A program made the position numbers and the translations under genes. Source: Candidatus Bathyarchaeota archaeon (GTDB lineage: Archaea; Thermoproteota; Bathyarchaeia; Bathyarchaeales; Bathyarchaeaceae). From it: a stretch of 64,000 nucleotides of DNA. Below the pieces are notes generated by a model. That model had not been told where the DNA came from. It did no database searches and saw only the letters and a program-made list of their open reading frames with translations. Within the stretch, counting starts at the first letter, position 1; every line of letters starts with the position of its first letter. Location of the stretch: positions 84,767-148,766 of the forward strand of contig CAVOMX010000024.1 in NCBI GenBank assembly GCA_963697165.1. Direction: 5' to 3'. Shown in pieces: positions 43,391 through 53,379 of the stretch.

Positions 43391-45238
43391 ATGGTGGACT
43401 ATAAATTATTTGATAAAAAAACGCAGGCAATTATTTTTGGATTTCAGCAAAGAGCTATTCAAAGGATGCTTGACTTCGACTATGCTTGTGAGAGGGAGAC
43501 TCCTAGCATTGCAGCAATTGTTAACACAACAGGAGATGACGGATATCACAAATGTTTCTGGGGACCTGAAGAAATTATTCTACCCATATATACAACCCTC
43601 CAAAAAGCAACCAAAAACCATCCCCAAGCAGATGTGATGATTAATTTCGCGTCGTTTAGATCGGCTTATCCAAGTACAAAAGAAGCTCTTGAACTAGATA
43701 ACATACGCACAGTTGCTATTATTGCTGAAGGAATTCCTGAAAGATACACAAAAGAGCTTGCTGCAATTGCTAAGCAGAAAGGAAAGTGGATAATTGGTCC
43801 TGCAACAGTTGGTGCAATCAAGGGAGGAGCTTTCAAAATAGGAAATACCGGCGGTATGATTGACAACATTATAGAATCTCGTTTGCACCGGCCAGGGAGT
43901 GTTGCTTTTATTTCAAAATCTGGGGGATTATTAAACGAATTAAATAACATCGTTTCCCAAAAAAGCGATGGTGTCTATGAAGGAATAGCCATTGGTGGAG
44001 ACCTCTATCCTGGTAGTACTTTCAAAGATCATATAATGAGATATGAAAAGGATCCAGATGTAGCTATGATTGTTCTCCTTGGAGAGGTCGGAGGTAACGA
44101 TGAGTATGATGTTGCAGATGCACTAAAAAAGAGAGAAATCACAAAGCCGCTGGTGGCATGGTGCATAGGAACATGCTCCAAAATGTTCCCAACTGGTGTA
44201 CAGTTTGGTCATGCTGGGGCAAAAGCAAGAACGAATTTAGAAACTGCTGATGCAAAAAATAAGGCTTTGAAAGAAGCGGGTGCCATCATCCCAGATTCCT
44301 TTGATGATCTTGGTGAAAAAATAAAACAAACTTTTGACAAACTAGTGAAAGAGGGAACAGTTAAACCAAGACCTGATAGGGAGCCGCGGAAAATACCTAT
44401 GGATTTCAACGAAGCTCTAGCCACTGGAAAAATAAGAGTGCCAACACACTTCATTAGTACTATTACAGATGATAGGGGGGATCAACCCCTTTATGCGGGT
44501 ATACCATTAACTGAGGTTGTCGAAAATGGTTATGGAATTGGTGGAGTTATAGGCCTTCTCTGGTTCAAGAAAGAATTTCCTCTGTGGGGCAGAGGTTTTA
44601 TTGAACTGGTTTTGCAGATAGTGGCTGATCATGGTCCTGCAGTATCAGGTGCTCACAACTCCATTGTAGCTGCAAGAGCGGGAAAGGATCTCATATCCTC
44701 CTTAGTAAGCGGTCTGTTAACCATAGGTCCACGTTTCGGAGGGGCAATTGATGGAGCAGCATATTGGTTCAAAAAGTTTCATGATGAAGGAAAGGAGCCG
44801 CAGGAGATGGTTAGTGAGATGAAGGCAATGAACATACTAATTCCTGGAATTGGCCATCGTGTCAAGTCAGTGATAAATCCAGATAAAAGAGTGGAGATTC
44901 TTAAAAAGTATGCAAAGGAGAATTTCCCAAAAACTGAATACCTAACCTATGCTCTGAAGGTTGAGAAAATAACCACTGCAAAAAGAGACAATTTGATATT
45001 GAATGTTGATGGATGCGTAGGAATTTTGTTCCTTGATCTACTTGACAGCTTAGATTTCTCAAAGAAGGAAATTAGCGGTATCATTGAAACCGGAGCATTA
45101 AACGGGTTATTTGTACTAGGACGCAGTATTGGGTTCATGGGTCATATCTTAGATCAAAAGCGCCTAAAAACAGATATGTATCGACATCCATGGAATGATA
45201 TACTTTATGCTCCTCCTAAAAAAGAAGAAATGAAATGA
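43391..45238 (+). CDS. aclA: ATP citrate lyase, alpha subunit
   Basis: QRMLDFDY, NFASFRSA, IGPATVG, QFGHAGA phospho-His loop, ADHGPAVSGAHN, GIGHRVKS, LNVDG, RHPW. Confidence 0.94.
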   Translation: MVDYKLFDKKTQAIIFGFQQRAIQRMLDFDYACERETPSIAAIVNTTGDDGYHKCFWGPEEIILPIYTTLQKATKNHPQADVMINFASFRSAYPSTKEALELDNIRTVAIIAEGIPERYTKELAAIAKQKGKWIIGPATVGAIKGGAFKIGNTGGMIDNIIESRLHRPGSVAFISKSGGLLNELNNIVSQKSDGVYEGIAIGGDLYPGSTFKDHIMRYEKDPDVAMIVLLGEVGGNDEYDVADALKKREITKPLVAWCIGTCSKMFPTGVQFGHAGAKARTNLETADAKNKALKEAGAIIPDSFDDLGEKIKQTFDKLVKEGTVKPRPDREPRKIPMDFNEALATGKIRVPTHFISTITDDRGDQPLYAGIPLTEVVENGYGIGGVIGLLWFKKEFPLWGRGFIELVLQIVADHGPAVSGAHNSIVAARAGKDLISSLVSGLLTIGPRFGGAIDGAAYWFKKFHDEGKEPQEMVSEMKAMNILIPGIGHRVKSVINPDKRVEILKKYAKENFPKTEYLTYALKVEKITTAKRDNLILNVDGCVGILFLDLLDSLDFSKKEISGIIETGALNGLFVLGRSIGFMGHILDQKRLKTDMYRHPWNDILYAPPKKEEMK

Positions 45239-45249
45239 GAAATTAAAAA

Positions 45250-46455
45250 ATGGGAGATGAAAAAATGAATAAAGAAATTGAAGACGCAAAGGAACATTTT
45301 GGAAACATACTGGAAGAACAGCTTGAAAGAGTCGAACGCATGAAAAAAGCAGATGAATGGATAGACTATACCACGCTAAAACCGATAATAATAGGAATTA
45401 TTGGCGGAGATGGAATTGGTCCATATATTACTAAGGAAGCACAGCGTATTCTAGAGTTTCTGCTGAAAAAAGAGCTTGAAACGGGGAAGGTTGAATTAAA
45501 ATTCATAAAAGGATTGACTATTGAGAACCGCGCAAAGGTCATGAAGGCAATACCCGCTGATATTTTGGAAGAGATCAAAAAATGCCACGTTTTACTCAAG
45601 GGTCCACTGCACACTCCTAAGAAGGGGGATAAATGGCCAAATATTGAGAGCGGGAACGTTGCAATGCGACGAGAGCTTGATTTGTTTGCAAACGTTAGAC
45701 CAGTGAAAGTCCCCAAAGAAGGAATAGACTGGATATTCTTCAGGGAGAATACAGAAGGGGCATACGTTTTGGGGGGAAAGGGAATAAACGTCACTGATGA
45801 TCTCGCCATTGACTTCACAGTAACAACCAAGCAGGGTTCTGAACGAATAATCCAAATGGCATTCGGGTATGCTAAGAAAAACAAAATAAACAAAGTAACA
45901 GTCGTGACAAAGGCAAATGTGGTAAAAACAACTGATGGAAAATTCCTAAGCATAGCCGAACAGGTAGCTAAGGATTACCCTGAAGTTGAATGGGATGACT
46001 GGTTTATTGACATTATGACTGCCAAGCTTGTGGATCCAAAAAGGAGGACACAGTTCAGAGTATTAGTATTGCCAAATCTTTACGGAGACATTCTCACTGA
46101 CGAAGCAGCTGAATTTCAAGGAGGCGTTGGCACTGCAGGAAGCTCAAATATTGGCAAGAGATACGCAATGTTTGAAGCAATACATGGCACCGCTCCAAGA
46201 ATGGTTGAAGAAGGAAGAGCCAAATATGCTGATCCATCTAGCATCCTGAGAGCCACTGCTATGCTCTTGAACCACATTGGTTTTGCTGTTGAAGCCAGGA
46301 AATTCGAGATGGCACTGGACATCTGTCTCCAGTATGAGAAAAAAATGGGTATCACAGGAAGATCAGACGGTGTTACTGGAGCAGAATTTGCCGACTATGT
46401 AATGAAGACAATCCAAGATCCAAAACTCGAAAGTAAGTGGCAAAGTTATCAATAG
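45250..46455 (+). CDS. icd: Isocitrate/isopropylmalate dehydrogenase family protein, probably isocitrate dehydrogenase
   Basis: GDGIGP, FRENTEG, KANVVK, NLYGDILTD, FEAIHGTAP; operon with acn and acl. Confidence 0.82.
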   Translation: MGDEKMNKEIEDAKEHFGNILEEQLERVERMKKADEWIDYTTLKPIIIGIIGGDGIGPYITKEAQRILEFLLKKELETGKVELKFIKGLTIENRAKVMKAIPADILEEIKKCHVLLKGPLHTPKKGDKWPNIESGNVAMRRELDLFANVRPVKVPKEGIDWIFFRENTEGAYVLGGKGINVTDDLAIDFTVTTKQGSERIIQMAFGYAKKNKINKVTVVTKANVVKTTDGKFLSIAEQVAKDYPEVEWDDWFIDIMTAKLVDPKRRTQFRVLVLPNLYGDILTDEAAEFQGGVGTAGSSNIGKRYAMFEAIHGTAPRMVEEGRAKYADPSSILRATAMLLNHIGFAVEARKFEMALDICLQYEKKMGITGRSDGVTGAEFADYVMKTIQDPKLESKWQSYQ

Positions 46456-46661
46456 CTAAAAACTTTTGACCATTTAACCTTCTAAACCGGACCTTGAAGA
46501 AGGAATTCGGTCCGCATGCTTACAAACTATCACTTTTTTTAGTTGATTCTTTTTATGGCAAAAATGTAGAGGTATCTTTCCTTTTATGACTAGCTGGCAT
46601 TCTCATTTTCTTGGAATATAAAAAGAGGCCAGAAAAAGCGCGCCATATTTCCATTAATGTC

Positions 46662-46892
46662 TTATTCTTTAATAGCTGTTAATGTTAGGGTAGACAGGAC
46701 ATTGTCTTGGCTTCTGATTTTCTGGACTATTCCCTTGAGTTCTTTTTGAATTTCGGTCTTAACCTTTACAAGGATATCGTAGGTTCCATAAACCATGTAC
46801 GCCTCTTCTATGCCTTCAATTTCTTTTATTTTTTCTAGAACACTTTCCATTTGACTCGGTTCGGTGTTCACCAAAACATAAACCAAAGGCAT
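46662..46892 (-). CDS. Stand-alone Lrp/AsnC ligand-binding (RAM) domain protein
   Basis: YVLVNTE, VYGTYDILVKV, STLTL. Confidence 0.88.
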   Translation of the reverse strand: MPLVYVLVNTEPSQMESVLEKIKEIEGIEEAYMVYGTYDILVKVKTEIQKELKGIVQKIRSQDNVLSTLTLTAIKE

Positions 46893-47068
46893 AAGACCAA
46901 CTCAAATATGATTTTAGAGGAAGTTATATAAAAACGTGATACATGGTAGGCGCGCGCATCCGCCCGCTAGCCAGAATGTCTTTTCTTATTGATGTGCAGT
47001 AGATACCTTTAAATCATGACGCCAAAACCTATAAACGATACAAAACGGAAGTTTACGAGAGGATTCAT

Positions 47069-47296
47069 ATGAGCGAAATGGCCACCCAAATCTTGGAACA
47101 GAGCCTCGGAAAAATAGTTCTTGTACGATTAAGAGGCGGAAAGAAACTAAGAGGTAAACTCAAAGGCTTCGATCAACACCTCAACCTAGTTTTAGATGAA
47201 ACAGACGACACAACCGATGTAGAAAACGTGAGAAAACTTGGCGCCATCATAGTCCGTGGCGATAATGTGGTAATAATTTCTCCTCCTCCAAGGTGA
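47069..47296 (+). CDS. Sm-like archaeal protein (Lsm/SmAP1)
   Basis: GKLKGFDQHLNLVL, IIVRGDNVV; upstream of rpl37e. Confidence 0.95.
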   Translation: MSEMATQILEQSLGKIVLVRLRGGKKLRGKLKGFDQHLNLVLDETDDTTDVENVRKLGAIIVRGDNVVIISPPPR

Positions 47297-47301
47297 CATA
47301 A

Positions 47302-47499
47302 TTGGGAAAAACAAGCAAAGGCACATCATCATTCGGTAGACGCGCACACAAGGTTCTGCACATCCGGTGTAGACGCTGTGGCAGAAGAGGATACAACGTG
47401 AAATCGCAAAAGTGCTCAGCGTGCGGCTACGGTGTATCGGCAAAAATAAGAAGATATTCGTGGCAGACTAAAACCCTAAACGGGGCAAGACTTGTCTAG
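47302..47499 (+). CDS. rpl37e: 50S ribosomal protein eL37
   Basis: KGTSSFG, HIRCRRCG, CSACGYG, RRYSW. Confidence 0.95.
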   Translation: MGKTSKGTSSFGRRAHKVLHIRCRRCGRRGYNVKSQKCSACGYGVSAKIRRYSWQTKTLNGARLV

Positions 47500-47568
47500 T
47501 CTGCTGTCTATCCTAGATTTTTTCATTTTATTTTTTTAAAAAAGAAAGAAGAAAAAATACGAAGAATT

Positions 47569-49497
47569 TTACTTCTTCGTAATTCTTTGGAATTCTTCGA
47601 ATGCATGTTTTGCCTCTTCTACGGAAGCGTTGTCTTCTAAGGTCGAGATGTCGCCTATTGACTGTCCAGAAACGAGTGCTTTTAGTACTCTTCGCATGAT
47701 TTTGCCGCTTCGTGTCTTCGGAAGTTTTGTAACAAAGTATATGTTTTCAGGAGTTGCGAGTGGACCAACAGCTTTTCTCATGTGATTTTTCAATTCTTTC
47801 GCTAGTTCATCGCTTGGAGTAATCCCTTCCTTTAGGACAGCGAAGACCACTATTGATTCTCCTTTGATTTCGTGAGGCTTGCTGGCTACTGCAGCTTCTG
47901 CTACTGAGGGGTGTGAAATCATTGCGCTTTCAAGCTCCACAGTTCCAAGTCTGTGTCCTGCAACCTTCAATACTTCGTCTGCTCTGCCTAGAAGCCATAG
48001 GTATCCATCTTCGTCTTTCATGCAGTAGTCTCCGGCATAGTATGCTCCTGGGAATCTTGTCCAGTATGTTTCTTTGAAGCGTTCAGGATCTTTATAGACA
48101 GTCAAGGCCATTCCAGGCCATGGTTTCTTGATTATGATGTAGCCTCTTACTCCTGCAGGTACCGGTTTTCCGTTTTCATCCACTACTTCCACATCGATGC
48201 CTGGCAGCGGATATGTCGCTGAGCCTGGTTTGAGTGGAACTAATCCTATGCCTGGTGCGGGTGAAATCATTATTCCTCCAGTTTCTGTCTGCCACCAAGT
48301 GTCTACGATTGGGCATCGTTCTCCGCCTATGTTTTTGAAGTACCACATCCAAGCTTCTGGGTTTATTGGTTCTCCAACGCTTCCTAGAATGGTTAGGCTA
48401 CTTAAGTCATGTTTTTTGACCCATTCTTCACCGAGCCGCATGAACATCCGTATTGCTGTTGGCGATGTGTAGAGGGTTGTTATTTTGTACTCTTCAATTA
48501 TCTGCCACCATCGGTCTGGCTCCGGATAGTCTGGCGCGCCTTCATACATGACTATTGATGCGCCATTTAGCAGAGGTGCATAGACGATGAAGCTGTGTCC
48601 AGTGACCCATCCTATGTCTGCGTTGCACCAGTATACGCTGTCTTCTTGGATGTCGAAAACCGATTTGTAGACGGAGTTAATGTAAACCAAGTAGCCTCCT
48701 GTGCTGTGAACTATGCCTTTCGGTTTTCCTGTGGTTCCTGAAGTGTAAAGAATGAATAATGGATGATTGCTCTCAACAGGTAGTGGAGGTACAGGTTTTT
48801 CTGTGTGTTTGACTGCATCGTGATACCAGATGTCTCTTCCTTCTTTCATGTTGATTTCGTGGCCAGTTCTTTTTACAACTAAAACACTCTTCACTGAGGG
48901 CGTGTTCTCCACTGCTTCATCAACTATAGATTTCAGCTCGATAATTTTTCCTCTCCTGAAACCGCCGTCTGCCGTTATGACAACGTTGGCTTCAGTGTGG
49001 TTTATTCGGTCAGCGAGAGCTTGTGCGCTGAATCCAGAAAAGATGACAGTGTGTATCGCGCCTATTCTGGCACATGCCAACATGGCTATTGGTAATTCAA
49101 CTATCATTGGTAAATAGAATGCTACGCGGTCTCCGTCATTTACGCCCAGTTTCTTTAGGGCAGCCGCCAACTTGTTTACTTCTTTGTGTAGTTGCAGGTA
49201 GCTTAGGGTTTTTTCTTCGCCGTTTTCGCCTACCCAGTATATGGCTACCTTGTTTCGTCTCCAATTCTTCAGGTGCTTGTCAACACACAGGTAGGATGCG
49301 TTTAGCATGCCGCCGGGGAACCATTTTGCGAATGGTAGGTCCCAGTCTAGTACGCGGTCCCATGTGCTGAACCAATCAAGTTTTCTTGCTTCTTGTTCCC
49401 AATATTCTTCAATATTATCTAATGATTTTTTGTATGTGTCCATATATCGTTTTATGGGCCAATATCTCAATTCAACTGGAAGAGAGTCTGTCTTCAC
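47569..49497 (-). CDS. acs: AMP-forming acetyl-CoA synthetase
   Basis: [37 protein letters not shown]. Confidence 0.96.
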   Translation of the reverse strand: MKTDSLPVELRYWPIKRYMDTYKKSLDNIEEYWEQEARKLDWFSTWDRVLDWDLPFAKWFPGGMLNASYLCVDKHLKNWRRNKVAIYWVGENGEEKTLSYLQLHKEVNKLAAALKKLGVNDGDRVAFYLPMIVELPIAMLACARIGAIHTVIFSGFSAQALADRINHTEANVVITADGGFRRGKIIELKSIVDEAVENTPSVKSVLVVKRTGHEINMKEGRDIWYHDAVKHTEKPVPPLPVESNHPLFILYTSGTTGKPKGIVHSTGGYLVYINSVYKSVFDIQEDSVYWCNADIGWVTGHSFIVYAPLLNGASIVMYEGAPDYPEPDRWWQIIEEYKITTLYTSPTAIRMFMRLGEEWVKKHDLSSLTILGSVGEPINPEAWMWYFKNIGGERCPIVDTWWQTETGGIMISPAPGIGLVPLKPGSATYPLPGIDVEVVDENGKPVPAGVRGYIIIKKPWPGMALTVYKDPERFKETYWTRFPGAYYAGDYCMKDEDGYLWLLGRADEVLKVAGHRLGTVELESAMISHPSVAEAAVASKPHEIKGESIVVFAVLKEGITPSDELAKELKNHMRKAVGPLATPENIYFVTKLPKTRSGKIMRRVLKALVSGQSIGDISTLEDNASVEEAKHAFEEFQRITKK

Positions 49498-49641
49498 ATC
49501 ATCACCTATCTCGATAGTTTCTGAGCGAACACAAAATACTGGGGCAATATATTTCTTGTGGAGTCAAAAACAGAAACGACAGCAATCAATTTCAAATTTT
49601 TGTTTCGAAAAACAGTTTTTTTAGTGAAATATTTGTGTAAA

Positions 49642-49745
49642 TGGCGGACCCGCAGGGATTTGAACCCTGGGTCTTCGGCTCCGAAGGCTTGCGCGTCACC
49701 CTTTTTTGGTGACTCGACGCCTTATCCAAACTAGGCTACGGGCCC
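49642..49745 (-). tRNA. tRNA-Arg(TCG) with 26-nt non-canonical intron at position 29/30, CCA encoded
   Basis: GGGCCCG acceptor; anticodon arm TCG[intron 49689-49714]GC-CTTCGGA-GCCGA; GGTTCAAATCC T-loop; ends GCCA. Confidence 0.9.
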
Positions 49746-49979
49746 TACCGAGAATAGATTGCAGAATAGTGTGATTAAAATATAGCGGATGTTCGGGTCT
49801 TTTTTGTTGCCAATTTTTTGTTTTACAGCTGATTGTTTAGCCTGTTTTGGTGTGTTGTTATGTTTTAAGTATCAGTCATAACCTAGTTCGGAGTTTAATG
49901 AGCCAGTTAATGTTAAGAGAATGAAGCGACTAAACTCTCTTAAATTCGACTTTAGCTAGTTTGTATAAATGGGGGTCAC

Positions 49980-50484
49980 ATGTCTGAAACATCGCAGGAA
50001 TTCAGAGTTTTGGTTATCGTTACTTATTTTGTTGGTCACTGTTATCTTTTCAGTTGTGGCTTATGTTCGCTGGTAAAGTTTACTCTTCTTTGTTGGTTCC
50101 TTGTTTTTTGTCCATTGGCTTGGTTTAGCGGCAACCGTCTTCATCGCAGGTCTAGTTCCAATTTATTATTTATTAAAACGTAAAAGACCACAAAACATTA
50201 AGATGCTACTAAAGCTTCATGTTTTCGGAAACCTTTTCTCTTTTCTGTTGGTTTCGATCCATTTTGCTCAAAACACTGGCAGATTGGCGCTGTTCTATCC
50301 AAGATTAGAAGATGGATTCGTCTTGTTTCTAGTTTTGAGTGTAATCGTAGCAACTGGAATGATCGAAAGATTTGGGGCTAAATTAAAACCTGTGAGATTC
50401 ACCAGATCTGTTCATAGATACACTGTGGTGCTTTTCTATTTTGTAACATTCGTTCATGTGCTGCAAGGCTTCAACATAATCTAA
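49980..50484 (+). CDS. Multi-TM membrane protein with several His residues (possibly heme-binding); 5' part disrupted
   Basis: HWLG, LHVFG, IHF, VHRY and VHV in hydrophobic helices; the true start is uncertain (49980 or 50101). Confidence 0.55.
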
Positions 50485-50580
50485 TGTCTCACAGTTAACT
50501 CAAGATTCTTATGGTATGAGTGTAGTCAGCACGGTTAGGTAAATGCTTTAATAAATGGAAAGATTTTATGAATTGACTAT

Positions 50581-50655
50581 GGGCTTGTAGCTCAGTTTGG
50601 CTGGAGCGTTCGGCTGATAACCGAAAGGTCGAGAGTTCAAATCTCTCCAGGCCCA
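50581..50655 (+). tRNA. tRNA-Ile(GAT)
   Basis: GGGCTTG acceptor, TTCGG-CTGATAA-CCGAA anticodon arm, GAGAG-TTCAAAT-CTCTC T-arm, CAGGCCCA. Confidence 0.96.
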
Positions 50656-50680
50656 CTTTTCAATTCACCAGGCCCACTTT
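50647..50680 (+). repeat. 13-nt direct duplication of the tRNA-Ile 3' end (att-like scar)
   Basis: CCAGGCCCACTTT at 50647-50659 and 50668-50680. Confidence 0.8.
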
Positions 50681-50697
50681 AAAAAATTTTTTAGTGG

Positions 50698-50795
50698 TCA
50701 TTTGCGTTTACGAAAGAGCATAATTTCTTCGGGCGTAGTGCAGACGAATTCGAATCCGTTCTCTATTAGTTGGCGTGCTTCTTCGCTGTCTATTC
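50698..50795 (-). pseudogene. C-terminal remnant of a putative tyrosine integrase
   Basis: Minus strand reads EEARQLIENGFEFVCTTPEEIMLFRKRK*, resembling the C-terminal tail of tRNA-associated archaeal integrases (recognised from memory); no upstream body is present. Confidence 0.6.
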
Positions 50796-50871
50796 TGCAG
50801 AAGACCGTTCATCAACTTCTATTAAGCTCCTTTATGTTCACTTTTGCTGTTGAAAAAAGGGGTAAAGTTGC
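50795..50871 (+). repeat. Island repeat copy 0 (partial); shares about 42 nt with 52487-52528
   Basis: AGACCGTTCATCAACTTCTA is identical at 50802-50821 and 52494-52513; both are followed by an A-run/G-run motif. Confidence 0.8.
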
Positions 50872-50921
50872 TTTTTGAGTTGTAAAAACGTAATGTTTGG
50901 TTGGCTCTCTTGTGGACATTT

Positions 50922-50987
50922 ATCCGATATAATAGAGTATCGTATAGCATCATTTTAACCCTAATCCGATATATTTTTATATCGGAT
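50922..50987. promoter_or_regulatory. Tandem inverted repeats upstream of the fic gene (putative operator)
   Basis: Perfect ATCCGATATA-TTTT-TATATCGGAT at 50964-50987; degenerate copy at 50922-50945. Confidence 0.65.
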
Positions 50988-51015
50988 AACATACAATTAT
51001 GTTCAGGGAAAACTA

Positions 51016-51950
51016 GTGACATTGATCAATAAGCGAATTCACAAAAGAGTGCTTGATAAGAAAAAAAGACTGGACAGCCGCAGGCCTCTTTCCGCTTCAC
51101 TTGTAAAGAGACTAAAAGAACAACTGTGCATCAACTACACATACAATTCTAATGCCATCGAAGGAAACACATTGACCTTGCATGAGACAAGGCTAGTTAT
51201 CCAAGAGGGAATTACAATTGGCGGAAGGAGCATAACAGAAATTCTAGAAGCAAAAAATCACCCAAAAGCAATAAACTTCATAGAGGATCTGGTTTCAGAA
51301 AAAGAGCGAAATTAGCGAAGGACAATATACTTAGTCTTCACAAGTTGATAATGTCCAACATTATTGACGATGCTGGATGTTATCGAACTACAGGAGTAAC
51401 AATAGGTGGAGCTGCCTTTAAACCACCACCCAGTTCAGAAGTCAAACCTAGAATGGATGAACTTTTAGATTGGTTAAGAAGAAATCCTGACGAATACACA
51501 CCAATAGAACTTACTGCAGTTTTTCATCACCGGTTCGTTTCGATACACCCATTCATAGAAGGAAATGGAAGAACAGCCAGACTTCTGATGAATGCTACAT
51601 TAATGAAAAACGGATATCCTTTCATTGCTATTGTTTCAAAAAATGATCGCCCAAAATATCTGAAATCGTTGATGGAAGCAGATTTGGGAAACAGTGCCCC
51701 TTTTGTAAACTTCATAGCTAGATGCGTTGAAAAATCTTTGGATGTATATCTCGATGCTTTGGAAGAGCCCAAAATCCTAACGCTTTCCGAAGCCGCCAGA
51801 ATGACGTCATACAGCCAAGAATACCTAAGTTTGCTTGCCAGAAAGGGGTCACTAGGAGCACATAAGCAGGGCAGAAATTGGGTAATATCCAAAAAAGATC
51901 TAGATAGATATCTGACTTCTGTAGGCAAACCGTTATCTAAGACCAAGTAA
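51016..51950 (+). CDS. Fic-domain protein with C-terminal excisionase-like HTH (frameshift near 51310)
   Basis: YNSNAIEGNTLT inhibitory-type motif, HPFIEGNGRTAR Fic motif, LTLSEAA...YLSLLARKG...GRNWVI HTH. Confidence 0.92.
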
Positions 51951-52150
51951 TTCCCGCTTTTCTAGTCTTCTTAGTCGAGAATATTGTTCCAAAAGGATAC
52001 TGGTAGCACCTGAAAACCAAAAAATGGGGGATTTTAGAACCGTCACCAGGTGAGGGGCAAAATTAGGTTTTAGGTAACACAATTTCGAATTAAAAAAATA
52101 CGCTATCTGAAACTTGGGTGCTAGAAGATGATAATGGGTATTTTGGGAAT

Positions 52151-52345
52151 TCATCTGTCATCTTCTAGGTCTTCGTAGTAGTTGTCTTCTAGGTCTATTT
52201 CGGCTTCCCAAAGTTCGAGGCACATTAAACAAAATCCATTGATTGAACATTCTTCACAGAGAGGATCTCCACACATATTACAGTCTATAACCTGATCTTC
52301 AGAAATTTTTTTTCCACAATCTTTGCAGTTTACCATCGCATTCAC
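52151..52345 (-). CDS. Small Cys-rich zinc-binding protein with acidic tail
   Basis: CKDC, CNMC, CEEC and CLMC pairs. Confidence 0.6.
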   Translation of the reverse strand: MNAMVNCKDCGKKISEDQVIDCNMCGDPLCEECSINGFCLMCLELWEAEIDLEDNYYEDLEDDR

Positions 52346-52546
52346 TCAGGAAAACTGATCCACCATAAGAGAATCAGCGTGACTATGAAAAAAGATCCAA
52401 TAAAAAGAAGTAGTTGTGACCAACCTTTTTACTCAGTCATTAATACTACTTCTAACCCAGCCCATTAGGAGTTGTTGACTAGCAGTCTACAGGAGACCGT
52501 TCATCAACTTCTAATAAGTCCCTTCATGCAAGTGCATATAATACTG

Positions 52547-52631
52547 AAAAAAAGGGAATTTGCTGGATTGAATTTGTGTGCCGGGAGATATCTCCACTGA
52601 CCGTGGGGTTCAAATCCCCGCGAACCCACCA
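52547..52631 (+). repeat. Island repeat copy 1 (most complete; 3' end resembles a tRNA T-arm/acceptor)
   Basis: AAAAAAAGGGAATTTGCTGGATTGAA...GGGAGATATCTCCACTGACCGTGGGGTTCAAATCCCCGCGAACCCACCA. Confidence 0.85.
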
Positions 52632-52865
52632 GTAATCCCTTGTTTTATCAATTAAAGCTTAATTCAGACTTATTTAGGCGAATGAAGTGTAAAATAACTG
52701 TATTGATTTGGGATTAAAATTTTTCCATTCTCAAAACTCTACTTTCATGTTCTGATTTCTCTGTTCATTGTTAATATGCAGGTTTATAAGCAGCTATGAG
52801 TTTGTTATTGTTGAATTAGTGATTTTTTAATCTAGTTTTATCGTAGAAGTGGAGGTGCGAAATGA

Positions 52866-53015
52866 ATGTCTTATGGTGGACCAAGAGAAATGCACAATGC
52901 AGTCTGCGCTGAATGTAAAAAGGAATGTCAAGTTCCTTTCAAACCAGACGAAAGTAGACCTGTATACTGCAGAGAATGTTACAGTAGTAAACGTCCTGCG
53001 AGAAGTAGATATTAG
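52866..53015 (+). CDS. CxxC-x17-CxxC domain protein (49 aa; not in ORF track)
   Basis: MSYGGPREMHNAVCAECKKECQVPFKPDESRPVYCRECYSSKRPARSRY; GGAGGTG RBS. Confidence 0.92.
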   Translation: MSYGGPREMHNAVCAECKKECQVPFKPDESRPVYCRECYSSKRPARSRY

Positions 53016-53200
53016 CTTTAGAAGCTAGTCTATGATATGTAAAAAGTGTTTTTTACAACTTTTTTTCTCTTTTTTTACTCTATTTTGTTGGATTAAGGAC
53101 ACGAATGTTACCTTTATGGACTAATGTTTGTTGGGTGTAAAACCAAAAATTTTTTTGGGTCTGGGTTTTAAGGGGAAAAACTAGAAATCATGAGTATCAC

Positions 53201-53286
53201 AAAAAGGGGGGAGTTGCGGGAATAGTTCGGGAGAATAGTGGAGATTTATCCAAAGGTTCCCTTTGCAAATGCCCACGACCCCACCA
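53201..53286 (+). repeat. Island repeat copy 2 (degenerate)
   Basis: AAAAAGGGGGGAGTTGCGGGA...GGAGATTTATCC...CAAATGCCCACGACCCCACCA. Confidence 0.75.
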
Positions 53287-53379
53287 AAATTACCCGAGGT
53301 CCATGTTGTTATTTCACTTGTGCCGTAGTTTGTATGGATTGTCCTAGTGTTTAGTACTAGTTGGGTCGACATGTTGATG

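Noticed and set aside
42102..45238. Proof of autotrophic reductive TCA carbon fixation
   Set aside because: Only the citrate to 2-oxoglutarate segment is visible, and direction cannot be inferred from this window.
52601..52631. A third tRNA gene or split-tRNA half
   Set aside because: Only a T-arm/acceptor-like 3' piece is present, with no D or anticodon arm and no complementary leader seen; it is part of the repeat family.
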